Shown here piece by piece: positions 50,100 to 64,000 of a DNA stretch of 64,000 nucleotides. The stretch covers positions 2,046,001 to 2,110,000 of the forward strand of contig CDLV01000004.1 of the NCBI GenBank assembly GCA_001244265.2, in the 5' to 3' direction. A model generated the notes under the pieces. That model saw only the letters and a list, made by a program, of their open reading frames with translations. It was not told the DNA's origin and ran no database searches. The stretch is from Microbotryum violaceum (taxonomy: Eukaryota). The translations under genes were made by a program, and so were the position numbers. Every line of letters begins with the position of its first letter. The stretch's first letter is position 1.

Positions 50100-53000
50100 T
50101 TATCCTGCTATTTTTTGGATTTCATCCTCCCGTTGAATTAACGGGTTCCCACTGGTTCAAATAAATAAAAAACAGTTTGACCCGCGCGACACGCCACCGA
50201 CCGCGGTCGTGGCACCCAATCACTGGCAATCTATACTCTACAAAGGTGTCTACAAAGGTGTTCAAAATGCCTGTGATCATTAATATCGAACCGAGCTTTG
50301 CTCCCACCTCCGAGGAATTCGCAATCTTGAGCCCTGTTGCCGACCTACGCCTCGTTGACCAGACTTGACCTACTCGCGTACGACCTACCTGTGCCCGACG
50401 CTTCTCTCCGACTTGCTCTATCGAAAGATGACCCTCGAAATTTTGACGCGCTGCCACGCCCCTCGAAGCAATCTATCGGAAAGTTTTCCGATCAAAGATT
50501 TCTATTCTTGGCTTATCTCGATGGCTATCGATCTATCGCCGTATCGGGGTCGTCAATGCGCCTTCCTCTCGATGCCTCGGCGTTATGGGCCCATCTCGAC
50601 AAGGCCGAAAAAATTCGATATATCATCCACAACATTCAAGAATGGATTCCTCGATCAGCTAACGCCGACGCGATTCGGGAGCGTGAGCTTGCCAGTGTTC
50701 GTCATCACCTCACTCGCATACGTTGGACAGCTGTCGACCGCGTCAATCTTCGAGGTCGATCTACACGCCTCCAAAACTTTCTACAGATCCTCAGTGAGTT
50801 TGCATCCTCTGGGCTCATTCATGAGTCGATCTTGGATACTGATGTGGGTAGAATCTTGCGTGTGTCTGCAGGCTCCGCCTGGTACTCCGAAACACATCCG
50901 AGTCGACCGTTCGCCAAGGTGTCCCTCCGAACGTGAACGAGGCTGGTCTGAACCAAGTCCTCGATCGTGTCCGTCTTGTCGGATCGGAGCCATTACCGTG
51001 TATTATGCGACGCGAGGAATGCAACGCGCTTCTTTCGGTGACTGCGCTTGACATTGACCAGGAAGCTCTGATGTACGTAGCTTGGTGTTTGAGAGCAACA
51101 AACGATCACTAACAACCGTATATTGAACCCTCAGCGAAGCTGTTGATGCTGGCTTCGATCAAGCCGATGCAGAAGAAGAAGATCGAGAGTTTCAAACGAT
51201 CCTGGCCGAAGCATGCCATGAGCATGAGCAATCCGTGAGTGAGCGCAATTATCGGTTGATCGATGCATTTACCGATACAGACCCGTGTTCCCAACCAGTG
51301 GGAAGCGCCCCCGTACCCGCGTGATCTTCTAGAGAAGGGGCCCTCTACTCTGTCCCCACACTCGACTTGGACAGCTTGCTCGCTCGACGACGTGCACACC
51401 AATGCCGACACCTCGAGAAGATCAAGTTTAAAGGTGGTGCACAGAACGTAGCGTCAGATCAACCCTTTGCCCAAAACCGAACCGAGCACCGCGGCAACGT
51501 GCATTCTGCCGCACTTCGACGGATAGTCGAGACAATGGGAATGGACAGGTATCGACAGTCTGTGGGGAACGAGAGGAACCTTCGCTTCAGGGGCAAATAT
51601 CCGGGAGATGACTTTGCACGAGCAAGCGACAACTGCGATCATCACCGAGGGACGATCTCACGTTAGTCGCTGATTCGTGATGTATCATGACGCAAGCTGG
51701 GGCGTGCCTTTTCTTGCGCTCACATTTGACTTCGACACCACAGGACAAAATGAAAGGACGACAAGAGGTCTATGGTCAGATCATGTCGAACGACGTACTC
51801 GTCCGAGCTGTTGATGGTGATGTGTCTGCACTCCGTTCTCTCAAGGTGGACATACTGGTCGTGTATGGAATCCCAGAAGAACCTATGGTTTTGCCTTCCG
51901 GTGAACAATGCGGGGAACGACTGGCAATCGGGATAGGTATGCCAAACTACTACTTGTGTGGGGAAACCTCACATGACTGACTAGCACCGTGACTGCGCAT
52001 TTTACTTGTCACCTTCCCTGCAGTGAGGAACATTTACAAGAAGTCAAGCACAACTTATGAAAGTGTTGAAAGTCTTGACTCTCTTGCTCTTTTCGCAAAT
52101 GCCGTGATACAAGAGCTGCGTGTCATCGCTCCAGGAGTTTACTCCAACCTGTCTCATCAGGGCAACACGCGCATTCGTCAAGTCGATGGGCGCTGTATCA
52201 TAAATTCGCTCAAACCGGACTTGTCAAGCATCAACTACGAGGTCAAGGATTCCACACGATCTAACTGGCGTGATGAAGGGGAAATTCACATCACCGTCAA
52301 TCAAGAAAAACGGTACAGGCTTTTGCAGAACATAAAAGGAATTTGAGCAGCATCCCTTGCTTGTCTTGCACCAGGAGGCCGTTCAGACGAAGACGAAGGG
52401 CGTCAACAATGATGAAGAATGAAGGTCAGCCTGGCTCATGCTCGTATGGCGGTAAGCTTTGTCAGAGCTTGGCCCATCAAGCGCGGCAGTGGATCGCGGC
52501 GGGGCAGGTGTGGAGCAGAGCTACACATCGAACCCCGAAACTTCCGGCCGCCGTAGGGCAATTGTGAGGCGCCCGTGCGGCGCGTGCCCTACCGCATTTG
52601 GACGGCAAATTGGCAGGTAGAGTACGGCTGCCCTGAGGCCCTGCTCTACGGTGGCCGTGGGCACCCGCCCGACGGCTCCCGTACGCGGCTGGCCTTACGG
52701 CCACCGTGAGGCAGCCCTATGGACACCGTACCGAGCCACTACTGGGCGCATACTGTCAGACTGTGCCAGCCATGAGGCCCCAGTTGATTCATGTACAACA
52801 GCACACATTACATAAACCCCACTATACCGATGCACCAAACTATCATCAAGCGTAGACCCTCCTCTTCGCATACACTGCTTCCTGGACGTGAGCACTGCGA
52901 ACCTCCACGGAACTACTCAGGGTCTCTTCGAGCCGAAGTCCCTTCAACTCCCTTCAACCATCCCCCTTTTCCTGCCTCTTGGCCTTCTTGCTCTTCCTTT

Positions 53001-56000
53001 TCGAGCCTTCAGGTTGTAGGGCCTCCTATGTTTCCTCGAAACATCTTATCAGTTCAAAATATGACACGCTTTGTACACAGGGGTGGGTGACTTACTTTGA
53101 TCAGCGAGGTGAAGCTAACCTCGTTGTCTTCGTCGTCAACGACCTCCAAGCAGGACCTTTGAACCACATGCTCTTGACCACTGGGGCGAGAGAGCTTGGT
53201 GACGTCGTGTCGACGCATGGCCTTGGCAAGCTTAGCCGAAATGAAGCTAACGTTCCGAGGCGCGGTGGGGCGTCAGTTCCTCCGATTTGCAAATGGTGGT
53301 GCTTGCTCGATTGCTACTCACGCTTGCTGATCGAAGGACCCGTCGACGACGTACTTGCCCGCCATGGAGGCCACGGCGGCAGCCTCGGCCAAGGCCATTG
53401 TAAAGTCCAAGACCTTCATCGCAAAGCTGTTGGTCGAACTGTCTCTTTCGGCCCCCTTCATGACCTGCCACTGTAGCATTCGTCATACGAACGGGGTGAG
53501 GATTGATCAATAAAGGGTGCGCATTGCTCGAGTACGTACCAAAACGCTCCACCAGCACATGTGATCTGCCGATATGGGCACACCCATAGTTTTGTACCAT
53601 TTCCTAACCGTCGGCCACAGCAAATCGTTGTCCGACACAGCGCGCTTGATCTGGGAGTGCAGCAATCGCACCGACCGCGTGTTACAGGATAATGCAATGT
53701 TCCTATCAGCACAAATCACTGAGAGGGTATACCGAGGCACATGTACCACACTCACGTGACGTTCGAGGTCACTATGCGCCTGGGAGAGGATGCCGGGTAC
53801 CATTGCCGTTACGGCGTTCTTAAAGTCACGATTCTTGTTGTTCTCAAAATTGGTTTTCGAGACGACTTTCCCCTTCAGTAAAGCCTTCTGCGAGCGGTGT
53901 AAACCGTATCAGTCCATGCCCGGGCACGACCGCGATCATCTTTCACCTACCAGGAACACTGCCTTCGTGTTTAGATGGCGGCACAGGAATGGCGTAGCTA
54001 CAAATATTTTGGCCGCCTCTGTGATACCGGACTGATTTCAGTCACGACCACAGTCAGGTCAACAAAGTCTCATGTGCGGCTCTGTCAACGCAGATACATT
54101 TGGACGAACCTTGACGTCTTCCATCGCTGGAAGTGTCACCGCCTCGGCTATTTTCTTGATCTCGAGCGCCATTTTCTTGATATTGAGCGCCATGGCGTTC
54201 AATGTACGCTGTTGCAATGCAAAAAGGTCGTACAGCGAATCGATAGAGCGTCCGGCGGTAGTAGGGGGCTGGGATCGTACATGGGTTCTTAGTCAGTGGA
54301 GTGGCCCGGGCGGACGAGAGAGGGCCTTCGCGGGAACGCACCTCGGCGAATTCGTCGAAGGGCAGTCGACCAGCGCCCGGAGTGCAAGACGACGGGACCT
54401 GGTACAAAGGAGTGGCCGCGGAGGGGACGGGCTTGTCGGTGACCTGTTCGATGGGACGAAATGAATGCAATAGCCATGTGTCAGCTGCGCTAGCTGCTGT
54501 TAGGTTGGCTAGACTGGAATATTAGATCTGCTTGACGGCCTCACGTGAGTTCAACTTCAGTGTCTTTTGACGACGCCAAGCTATGGTAGTCATTGTATTC
54601 TTCGTCGCTGAGCTCGGGGACCACTTTCTGCGAAGCCGCGCCTGGCTCGACGGATGGCGGCACGAGTGGCGTATCGTTGGGCGAAAGAGTGCTGGCGGTC
54701 CGGGTGGTCGCGGTGTATTTGTCTTTCTTGGTCCCGCTTTTCACATTTGTGACATCCTTGAGCGGGTCGCCGGTAGTCCTGCGGGTGCGAGCCCGGGGTC
54801 CCTGAAGTGGCGGGGGGTGGCACGGATGGACTGGTCAGTCTCAGGCACGGGCCGTTTCTGCCTTGACTACTTGAATCGCGGTCGTAATCGGACGGTGAAT
54901 CGGACGATGGGGGCGTGGTGTTGAGGCACGGAGCCAGTCTATGCCTACCATATCTGCGATGGAGGTGACACGAGTATGGACCTGCTGGGCGGAAGGTGGT
55001 CGCACGGAGGCAAGAGGCGCACGCGGGGCAGGTCACCGCGAATGACGTAAATATCGGAAGGGTCGCACCCATCAGTATCGACGTCTGCGCCTGCGCCTCC
55101 GGCTCGTCTTGCCCGTCGTCCGAGACATGTCGAGCAGTCACCTCAGCGTCGTCGTCGAGCATGAACACGTCATTGGGAGGAGGGGGAGAGCCGCCAAACT
55201 CGCGACCGAGGTCATAGTCTTGATCAAGGTCGTGCGGGTCGCAGCGATGTGACGAGGGGCCAGAAGCCAGTGCGGGCTGCGCGGTCGGAGACTGCCTCAG
55301 TTTGAAGTTAGCGACCAGGCGGTAGTGGCGAGGCGAGGCGTCTACTCCGGAGTGCAATGACCTACAATCCCAGTATGAAATTCAGATTCATTGACGTCCG
55401 CCCAGTCCATTTCATCGTCGTTGGGTGCGGGTATGGGGATGGCGAAGGGGGATTGGCAGATGATCCCTTGTGCAGTGGGGGTGGGCTCCCCGGTTCGCAA
55501 CGGCACGTCGGTGAAACGTGGCTTTGGCGTGTCGAACGGCACGACTTCTCGGCAAGCGATATCCACCACATGTTCTACAGACATATCCCACGCGTGAACG
55601 ATGGGATGACGACACGAGGTCGAGCTCTGCGAACAATGAAAACCGTCGCCCGCCCGCCAGGCACGTCAGTGACCGCGCGTTGCGGAATGCACACAAGATG
55701 AAAATCTAAAGTCCAGAAGGGCGTCGGGGAAGAGGGTCCCAGACTCGAACAGTATTCACCATTCTTAAGCAGCTGCTCGTCTTCCTTCATCTGTTGGGTC
55801 ATAGCCGACTCTCGGCAAGCTCGAGAGGAGGAGGCTCCGCATCGACGAGTCGGGGCAACTTGGTGATGAGGCGAAGGCGACTGTGGACTTGTGCGCATGG
55901 CCAGAGTGGAAGCCTGTGCGCCTGTCGCAGTCCTGTCGCAGTCGGAGCGTCTAAACGGGGCGGCCTGAGCGCCTGAGCGCCTGAGCTCAAGTTGATTCGG

Positions 56001-57030
56001 CGCTCTTGGCCAGCCGAGTCGGGCATCCGGCGTACGATTGACTATCAAATATCAACCAGTACGAACGAGGGGATTCTAAACGTCTGATCAAAACATAGCC
56101 TTGCGGTGCCCAGAAAGTGGTGTTGGCATGAGGTGATTTATGGGCTGAATGTCAAGGTAAAAAATTGGCGCCCCAGCCGGACGGCTCATCGACTTTTGCA
56201 ATTGGTCCGACGTCCCAGATTCCCAATAACGGCGAGTCAAGGCTCAACACGGAGTGGAATGAGTCTTCGTCGACATGAATTCGATCTCGAGCTATATGCA
56301 ATACTCTCTGTGCAATGAAATGGCCCGTAAAAGTAACTGCTGTCGACGCGGAATTTCGGCCGCTCCCGTACGGGAAGTCGGGAACAGAACTAATGCTCCG
56401 GTATGGCAAGCGTACTGAGGCCGTATGGATTACGTCCGAACCTCGCAGGCGGGCAGTTAACAGATCCCGTCATCGCCTGCTTTAGTGTCCAAGTAAGATT
56501 GACGCACGGCTACCGTGAGAGTTTCCGCCCCACCGCGGCCGGACGGGCTTCCGGATGTCGTAGGGCAGGCGTCGGGCAGCCGTATTCAGAAGCCCGGATG
56601 GGGCATTACGGCCTGGCCCGTACGGTTGTGAGAGGGGTCCCTTAAGGCAGCAGTGAGGAATCGAGTCGTTATGGCGGCCCTAGGGAAATGCCTTGCCGGA
56701 GCCCCATATATCCCATAGGGAAAACCTAAGGCCGAAATTGCCTTACGGGAGCCGTAAGTTTCGCGCTCGCATGTGTAGCAGAGCGCTGGCGGCGCTCTTG
56801 GTGTGCGCGCGCGCGACCTTTCCGGCCCGCGCGCGGCGGAAACGCAGTCTGCGCGCAGCGCAGAAAAATTTCTGAGCATTGTAGAGCTTGGAGAGTAGTT
56901 TTCAAAAATTATTCAGCACTAGGTGGCCCTCGGACATTTTCAGTCAAAATCTGGAATTTTTTTGGAACATTTTGCCTCGGAAGAAGGCCGTTTTTAGAGG
57001 GCCGCCTATGGCTGGGCTTTCGGGGGTCCT
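50100..57030 (+). mobile_element. Second, internally deleted member of the Ulp1/P-like transposon group; left TIR not found; hosts a nested element
   Basis: 50337..50936 is homologous to 47473..48003; 51880..52346 is homologous to 42327..42700; the right TIR ...GGCTGGGCTTTCGGGGGTCCT ends at 57030. Confidence 0.75.
52522..56777 (-). mobile_element. Nested TIR DNA transposon (TACACAT...ATGTGTA) with 7-bp TSD GCAGAGC and a decayed minus-strand gene (possibly KDZ-like)
   Basis: Imperfect ~42-bp TIR; GCAGAGC at 52515-52521 and 56778-56784; CCGTA/TACGG-rich subtermini; Cys-rich fragments (TCPAC, RCDCC). Confidence 0.75.
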
Positions 57031-57331
57031 GCCTGAGGTGGTCGCCAGTCAACGCCTATCGCCAGTCCACACCAGTGTGTGCTTTGTTCCCTAGTCGCAT
57101 AGGTCTGGAGCTAGTCGCATCCTTTTGTAAACGCCGCTTCACGGTCCTAGCCTCTACATTGTGCGTTTATTCCGCCTCGACCTGCCTCGACTTGTTCGAC
57201 CCAGCTGCCAGTCTTCAAACTCTGGGCGACCTTCCCTCGCCCTACCCCGCCCTCGCCGATTCTCGCGGCCCCAACTATCCGAGCTCGTGCGATCGGGACG
57301 TCGGTGCTCCACGCGTCCTTCGTAGCGGGTT

Positions 57332-60300
57332 ATGGCGATCTTCAGCTCGAGCAAAAAGTCAAAAAAGGACACGCCGAATACGACTGGCACCTCCCAGCCT
57401 CTGAATCAGTCGCAGTCGAGCAACGGTTTCTCGCGCAGCGCATCAGGCTCCCGGGTCGCCAGTGTGGATCGACCGCCAGGCCAGCCGCTGCCGACGTCGC
57501 CGTCGTCGTCGCACTCACAATCACAGGCCACAACCATGGGCCAGCCCTTCCATCCATTTGCGGCGGAGAACGCTCTCACGGCTGCTACGCGCACTTTGGG
57601 CTCTGATGAAGGTGCGAATGAGGCGGCTACAGACATTGCGCCAGTTGGGCCCGAATCGTCACCTGCGCCATCAGTCAACGCAAACGCCCGTGGCGGCGGC
57701 AGCGGTGGCGGCTACGCAGGCAACGGTGCCAGCGGCCTGTCGTTGTCGACATCCAACATCGCACAGGGTACCACGAGTCTGCAGACTCACTCCAACAGCT
57801 TAGTGTCGCAGTCCCAACCGGCGGGTCAGTCGAGCCACACCGTCCTCTATCCGTGGGCTCAGCGTCGACTCGTGTTTGCTCCAACCGCGCTCTTCCTTCC
57901 CCTCGATTTCAACAATCCCACGGCCGCACCTGCGATAGTTGGTCCCGTATCGCCACCTCCCTTTCCGCGCTATGGCCATAGCGTGAACCCTGTGGCGGCG
58001 GTATCAACGGGCGAACTGTACATCTTCGGCGGCCTCGTCCAGAATGCGGTCAAGAATGATTTATATGTCTTGAACTGTGCCGGCGGCATCGTCCACACCA
58101 CTTCGAATCTCCCATCCGGTTTGTCGGCGTCTTCTCCGATTAGCATCGGGCTAGTCGAGACGCGGGGCGAGGTCCCCGGGCCTCGTGTGGGGCACGCAAG
58201 CGTCGGCGTGGGCAACGTTCTGATCGTCTGGGGTGGTGACACCAAGAGCCGGCCCGAGGACTTGCAAGATGACGGGCTATATCTGCTCAACCTAAGTAAG
58301 TCGAGTATGGCGTCGATCGAAGTGCAGATGTTCGCGGTTGACTGACACCGCCTCGATCGATCCAGGCACAAAGGAATGGACTCGGGTGAAGACAATTGGG
58401 CCGGCCCCGGAGGGTCGCTATGGTCACGCCGCCTCCATGGTCGGCAGCAAATTCTACATTTTTGGAGGTCAAAAGGATGACGGGGGTTTTATGAATGATC
58501 TTGTGTGGTTTGATTTGCAGAAGCGTGAGTCCTCGAGGTGCAGGGTGGCGGTTGTGTAGGCGCTGACGACGATTCCATCGCTGGCCCCGGCAGTCAAAGC
58601 GGGTTCGCCCAAATGGACATTCATCGACTATGCTAGTGGCGCAGTCGTTCCGCCGCGGCGAACAGGTCATACCACAGTGACTCACGGCGACTGTATTTAT
58701 GTGTGCGTAGTGTGCATGAACGTCAGTGTTCTCCGACTTGCTCTCGAACTGACTCATGTGGCGAGGCCTCCCAATAATTCGGGAATTTCAGCTTTGGAGG
58801 AACCGACGGACAATACCACTACAACGACACCTGGTGCTTTGATACTAACACAAGTTTCTGGGTCGAGCTCTCGTGTATCGGCTACATTCCGGTTCCGCGC
58901 GAGGGACATGCCGCAACTCTCGTCGACGACGTCATGTACGTCTTCGGAGGCCGCGGCGTCGATGGTAAAGACCTGGAGGATCTGGCCGCTTTCGAGATCA
59001 CAAGTGAGTCGGGCTCGCGTATTCGCCAGGAACCCCACACCTTAAAACTGAGAGCGCGCAATGCCTGAGGTACAGATCAACGATGGTTCATGTTTCAAAA
59101 TATGGGACCCGCTCCCTCCGGTCGCTCTGGACATGCGATGGCTACTTGGCAGAACAAGGTTTTCGTGTTAGGCGGCGAATCCTACACGGCGCAGCGCCAT
59201 GACGATCCGGGTTTCATCCATGTCCTAGACACAAGCAAGATTAAGTATCCATCCGATGCGGCGCGACAGTCTTCAGTCCCACGGAAGATGTCGTCCCCGA
59301 TCATGGGTACACCCTCGTCACCGACTGGAAATATGCCTCGCTCTAACCGGGAGGAGGACCGTCGTGCCGCCTCGCCGAACGGAAGTCAACGCGGAGGGAG
59401 GCTCTCTCCGAACGGGGGACCTTCACACAGTAGCTTTGGGCAGGTCTTTGCACCTCGTCGGACCGGTTCGCCTGCGAGCCCCCCCTCAACTTTGGCCCAC
59501 GGGTCGAAGCGCACATACAGCAGCTCTCCGCCAGCTCGACCTGCACGTCCCGAGACTTTACCCTCGCCCACCATGGGCGCGCTTGAGTCTGCTTCCGAGG
59601 AACGAGCTTCGTCACCGTCAGGCAGTCAGAGACCACGCGGCGCAGCGCCTTCGCCTTTCCCAAGCTCACCGATTCAACCAGGGTCCTCGCCGCAGAGCCT
59701 TTCAGCGTCTGCTGCTTCAGCCAGTCAATTTGGCGACAGAACTGCCAATGGCTCATCCTCCGCCGCCGCTGAACCAACGGCTGTAAAGACACTCACACCC
59801 CTAGCCTCGGCGATCAAAATGAATGGTGTGATGACAAGGGATTCGAATGATGACTCACGTGGGCAGGACGCACATTCGTACTCCGAGCTTTTACTCAAAG
59901 ACGAGGAGATTGCGGTGCTGAAGGCGCGGGAGCTATGGCTTACCGAATCACTGTCGCTGGCCACCCAGAGGGGCTACAAGGTCACAGTTGGGGCACGAGA
60001 AGGGGTGTCAAGTGCAAGTGCTACGCCGAGTGATCCAGCAATATTGGCTATGATCTTGCAAGTCAAGGAGAATCTTGCCGAGACGAAGGTCAGCCACTCA
60101 TCCTGAACTTTTGATGTTGATAACCCTCGCTGATGTGCGATAGTTGATCTCTCGCAGCGCTTCCTTGCCGAAGAAGCTGAAACGGTCGAAGAGCGCGTGC
60201 GCCAAGCGAATGCGGGCCGGATTGTGGCACTGCAAGAGGCCGCGTATTACCGTTCTAAAGCAGCCGCTCTTGAACGCGGGATACCGGCCGATTTTGCGGC

Positions 60301-62599
60301 TGTGGAACGTGAGCGAGCCAGATCATTGGAGGACAAACTCGCCCAAGCCCTGGCTACGCGGTCGGCTCTCGAGCTCCGCGTCACCCAACTCGAGTTGGAT
60401 GTGGATCGGCACGTAGATCTGCGAACCGTTCTTGAAGAGCAACGGGCTATGGCCACCAATCGAGCTGATGCGGCGGAGTCCTCGTACGCGCGGGCGCTCA
60501 GCGACTGCGCTGAGGTGCAACGACGTGCACAAACTCACGAGTCTACTATTCAAGTACATGCGCAAAAAATCGTGACCTTGACCGCCGCCTCTAGCCAGCT
60601 TGAGGCAAAGAACTCGTCCCTAGGACGCGATCTCGAATCAAGCCGAACCGAAGTCGATCAGCATGCTGCTGCAGTTGAGCAGACTCATGCAGCTTTGCTC
60701 GCAGCTTCGAACCGCAACGATGAACTCCATGGGCTTTGGGAGAAGGCGACCGCTGATGCAACAGAACATCGCTCGCGCGGAGCCAAACTCCAAACCGAAC
60801 TCGATGCCCAGCGAGCCGAATTTGCTGCATTGTCGGATCGTGCAACCAATCTCGAGAGGACGTTGACGTCTACTAGAGAAGCGTACTCGAAAGCGCAGAT
60901 CCTCATCACGGATGGTCTCGTTGGGCTGACGGCTTCGCGCCACGAGCAGCAGAACCAGAATGTCGGGTCCGAACGCACAGAGCAAGTCGAACGTGCTCGG
61001 ACGCTGGAACGCGAACGCGACGATCTTCTGCGGCTCCATCAAGAAATGCTAACCAAATACGCTACAAGTACGAGTGAGCTGGACGGGGCCCTTCAACGCG
61101 AAGCTCTGACGCGTTCGCAACTCGCCGAGCTTCAAAATGAGCTAGCTTCCTGTCGCCAGCAGCATGCCCTCGCTGTTGATGAGGCGGCGCGCCATCGATC
61201 CGCGCTGCTTGGAGCCGAAGCCAAACTGAACGCAGCCACGCAGATCAAGGAGGCGGCCGAAATCAAGAGTGTCTTAATGCGTAGCGTGCTCTCGGATCAT
61301 GGACTGTCGCCCGTCGCCGATGCCGATCTGGCTACCCGATTTCCCCCCTTGTCAGGCACAGACTCGCCGGAGCTTCTACAGCGCAGAGCTGAGGACCTAG
61401 AGGCGCGCTTAGAGCAGAGAGCTGGTGCGTATCGGGAGGTGGAAGCTTCGCTTGCCTCGGAGCGAAAGGCGAGTGCTTCCAAGGTAGAAGCGCTCCAACG
61501 CAGCTTGCAGGATCTTCAGTCTCGAAGCCCCGTCGAGTCGTCTGCGGACCGCGGACGGGCGACCAAAGCAGAGTCCGATCTTGCAACACTTCAAGAGCGG
61601 CACCGGCAACTTGAAGGAACGCATTTGAAAGCCGTCAGCTACGTCAAAGTGTGTTCTGCTTTGAGCGAGCGAGATACTTAGGCACTTGTACTGACCCTTG
61701 CGGACTGCTGGCATGCTCAGGGAACGGAGAAAATGCTCAGACGCATGAAGGAGGTGTGTCGTTAGCTATGATGTGGTCAAATCGATGTATTCCATCCGAG
61801 CGGGTGCTTACAGTCAATCTTGCATCACCTTAGGAACTTACTCGGTACAAAGAACGGTGCGAGGAATTCGAAGCAAAGGACAAGGCCCCGCGACCCGAGC
61901 ATGTGGCCGAACTCGAGACGCTGCGGTCTGCCCTCACGCAAGCACAAAACACCTCGGTCGAGCTCGAACGGCAAATCACTTCGTTACGCGAGGAGCATAC
62001 ACGGACACTTCAAACGTCTCACGTGCAATCGGAACAGCAGCTCCACCAAATGACCGGCGAAGTCACGAGGTTAGATAAGGAGCTCCGGAAAGCCCAGAAT
62101 GATCTCGAGGAGACTTTGGCGGTCAATGCGTCCCTGAACAAGTGAGTCAGTAGCAGAAGATGCGGTACCGCCTATAGGCTTGAGTTGGATGTTGACCATG
62201 CTTGATTTCTGCAAAAGAGAGCTCACGTCAGCTCTGAAGAATACTGGCTCGTCGACCCGCGGCTCGCCGGGCGCCGACGAGATGGGCCGCCTCGAAGCCG
62301 AACTGACACAGTGCGTCCTCAAAAATCTTGTGCTCCCGACACTTTCGCACTGATGGCGCTGAGCACGGTTGAGTTCTCAGGGCTCAGAACAAGGCGGAAT
62401 GGCTGAAACGCGAGAACGCTCAACTCGAGACGAGATGTCGAACTGCGTGAGTCTCGCGAGCGGCGGCTGTCTGGCTGTTTTGATGTGAGGCCACCCGGCT
62501 AATGTCCTCGAGTTTTGCAGTGAATCGAAGATCAGCATCTTATTGGACCATCTCGAGGGTACACCGGCCGAAGCATCCGAGGGCGCAGGGTCAAAGTAG
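57332..62599 (+). CDS. Kelch-repeat cell-polarity protein (Kel1/Tea1-like) with C-terminal coiled coil, multi-exon
   Basis: PFPRYGH, YIFGG, PRVGHAS, VWGGD, GRYGHAA, PRRTGH, PREGHAA, GRSGHAM repeats; Ser/Pro linker; long heptad region RIVALQEAAYYR.K; GT-AG introns. Confidence 0.92.
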
Positions 62600-63046
62600 C
62601 GTCCTTTGAATTCTCAGGACGGGATTCCCCAAGGAAGTGACTGCAGCGGAGAGGTGGGCCAAGAGGGATGGAGCTTGTATTGTCACGTCACGTTCACGAC
62701 CCAGAATGATATATTCACGAAGTGGTCACTGTTCATCCACATACTAGCCAGAGGTCTTTAACAATCTGTAGTACCAGCGCGAGATCTGCGATAACACCAT
62801 CGGCGGGACGATGGATAACTCGGCTGAAAGGCGCTTTCGGTCGGACCAGAAGGTGAAGCCGGGCAAGGTGGGCGATGCCGAAGGCGCGGAGAACAGAAGC
62901 CAGCATTATCGGCTGAGGCCCCGAGTGGAACCAAATTCAATAGGCCACCTTGTTCTACTGAATGTACGGCGGGTCGAAGCAGTGTCTGCCTTGTGTGAAG
63001 TCGGTAGCCGCTTGAGGCAGGGTCGGGCGAAACGATTGTCGAAGCC

Positions 63047-63724
63047 TCATAAGCCCCCACCAAGTTTCCCGGAGCTGCTGTTCGTGCCGGCAGATGCTAC
63101 AACGATCCGAGGTCGGACCCCTATGGCTGCGCATACTGCACGGTACTTGACACGTTGGTTGTTCAGCATCGCTGTCGTATCGACCTCAGACGCCTCTACC
63201 GGAGGCGACGAGTTGTTCCGGAACGGGAAGCTCGCCGACAGGAGAAGAATATGTCGGAGGTTGGTTGTTGCGCTGAATGCGAAGTTGAGGAGGAAGCAAT
63301 CCCCGGAGAAAACCTCTCACCACATCTTCAGTTCGCTTTCCTTTCCATTGAGTTGTGTGAACGCAGAGAAGCGTAGAAGGAGCCTAACCCACCGAGTCGG
63401 TCCCTTTTCCTGTGCAGCCAGCAAGTGTGCCCATACGAGAGCGAAGCCATGGTAGTAGCCAACCTCTTCGCCGAGTTGCCACGCGTGGTCTTTGCCGATC
63501 GATCGCCCCTCGAACAAGCCATGCAAACGGCCGTGGACGACGCCGCCTTGAAAGCCATTGTGGAAGAAGGACTGCTCGAGATTGATGATACTTGACCCCA
63601 GATCCGAAACCAGCGCCGCTTCGATCCCGTCAGTAGATGGGGTCGTAGCCTTATGTGGTGGCGGTGGTGGATGTGAAATGACCCGGCGACCTGTAACCGC
63701 TGACGACCGTACGAAGTGACTCAT
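63047..63724 (-). CDS. LTO1: Lto1/ORAOV1-like (Yae1_N, deca-GX3) protein, one intron
   Basis: LEQSFFHNGFQGGVVHGRLHGLFEGRSIG...GEEVGYYHGFA GX3 repeat; second exon FP..N...KYR..C...G. Confidence 0.8.
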
Positions 63725-64000
63725 CGAGGCGCGATGGAGCAGAGATGGCGAGGCCGGTCGTCCAAGTGCCACGTTGGATCGGCCTCTCGCTCGAACTCGC
63801 CAGACGGGGAGCACGACTTCGTTCGTAATCGAGGCCTTCGAGGCGAAAGCACTACGGCAAGGTTACGAGGGTAAGAAGCAGACTGCAATAATCTGCAGTG
63901 GCACGGTCGGCCAGATCGAGGCCAAGCTTGGCCAAGGTCCCCCTTTTTTTTGGGGGGGGGGTATCCTTAAATCCTTTACTACCTCTATGTATAAAAATAA

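Noticed and set aside
63047-63070. Lto1-like protein apparently lacking the C-terminal aromatic CIA-targeting residue
   Set aside because: An unrecognised terminal intron could change the C-terminus; cannot be judged without transcripts.

Overview
Eukaryotic fungal DNA, most likely a basidiomycete. Pucciniomycotina/Microbotryomycetes is inferred from intron-rich genes, the transposable element (TE) repertoire and TpCpG-biased mutations. About 80% of the window is nested TEs. Retroelements: several truncated Ty3/Gypsy elements and solo LTRs, two full-span Ty1/Copia elements, and a near-complete L1-clade LINE with fragments of the same type. DNA elements: a CACTA-like transposase remnant, a fold-back DNA element, two AcademH-like (DUF6589 transposase plus RecQ-like helicase) remnants, a split Helitron, a TIR element with a 7-bp target-site duplication (TSD), and two copies of an unusual TIR transposon. 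That transposon has AGGACCCCCG termini and an apparent 3-bp TSD, and its single gene joins a Ulp1-like protease to a P-element-like DDE transposase. A 72-nt tRNA-like cloverleaf with a TTA (ochre-reading) anticodon sits just upstream of the LINE. Host genes form two islands. 33-38 kb holds a PY-motif membrane protein, an NDUFAF6-like gene and an alpha/beta hydrolase; 57-64 kb holds a Kel1/Tea1-like kelch protein and an Lto1-like gene. All family assignments come from motif recognition by eye; no database search was run.
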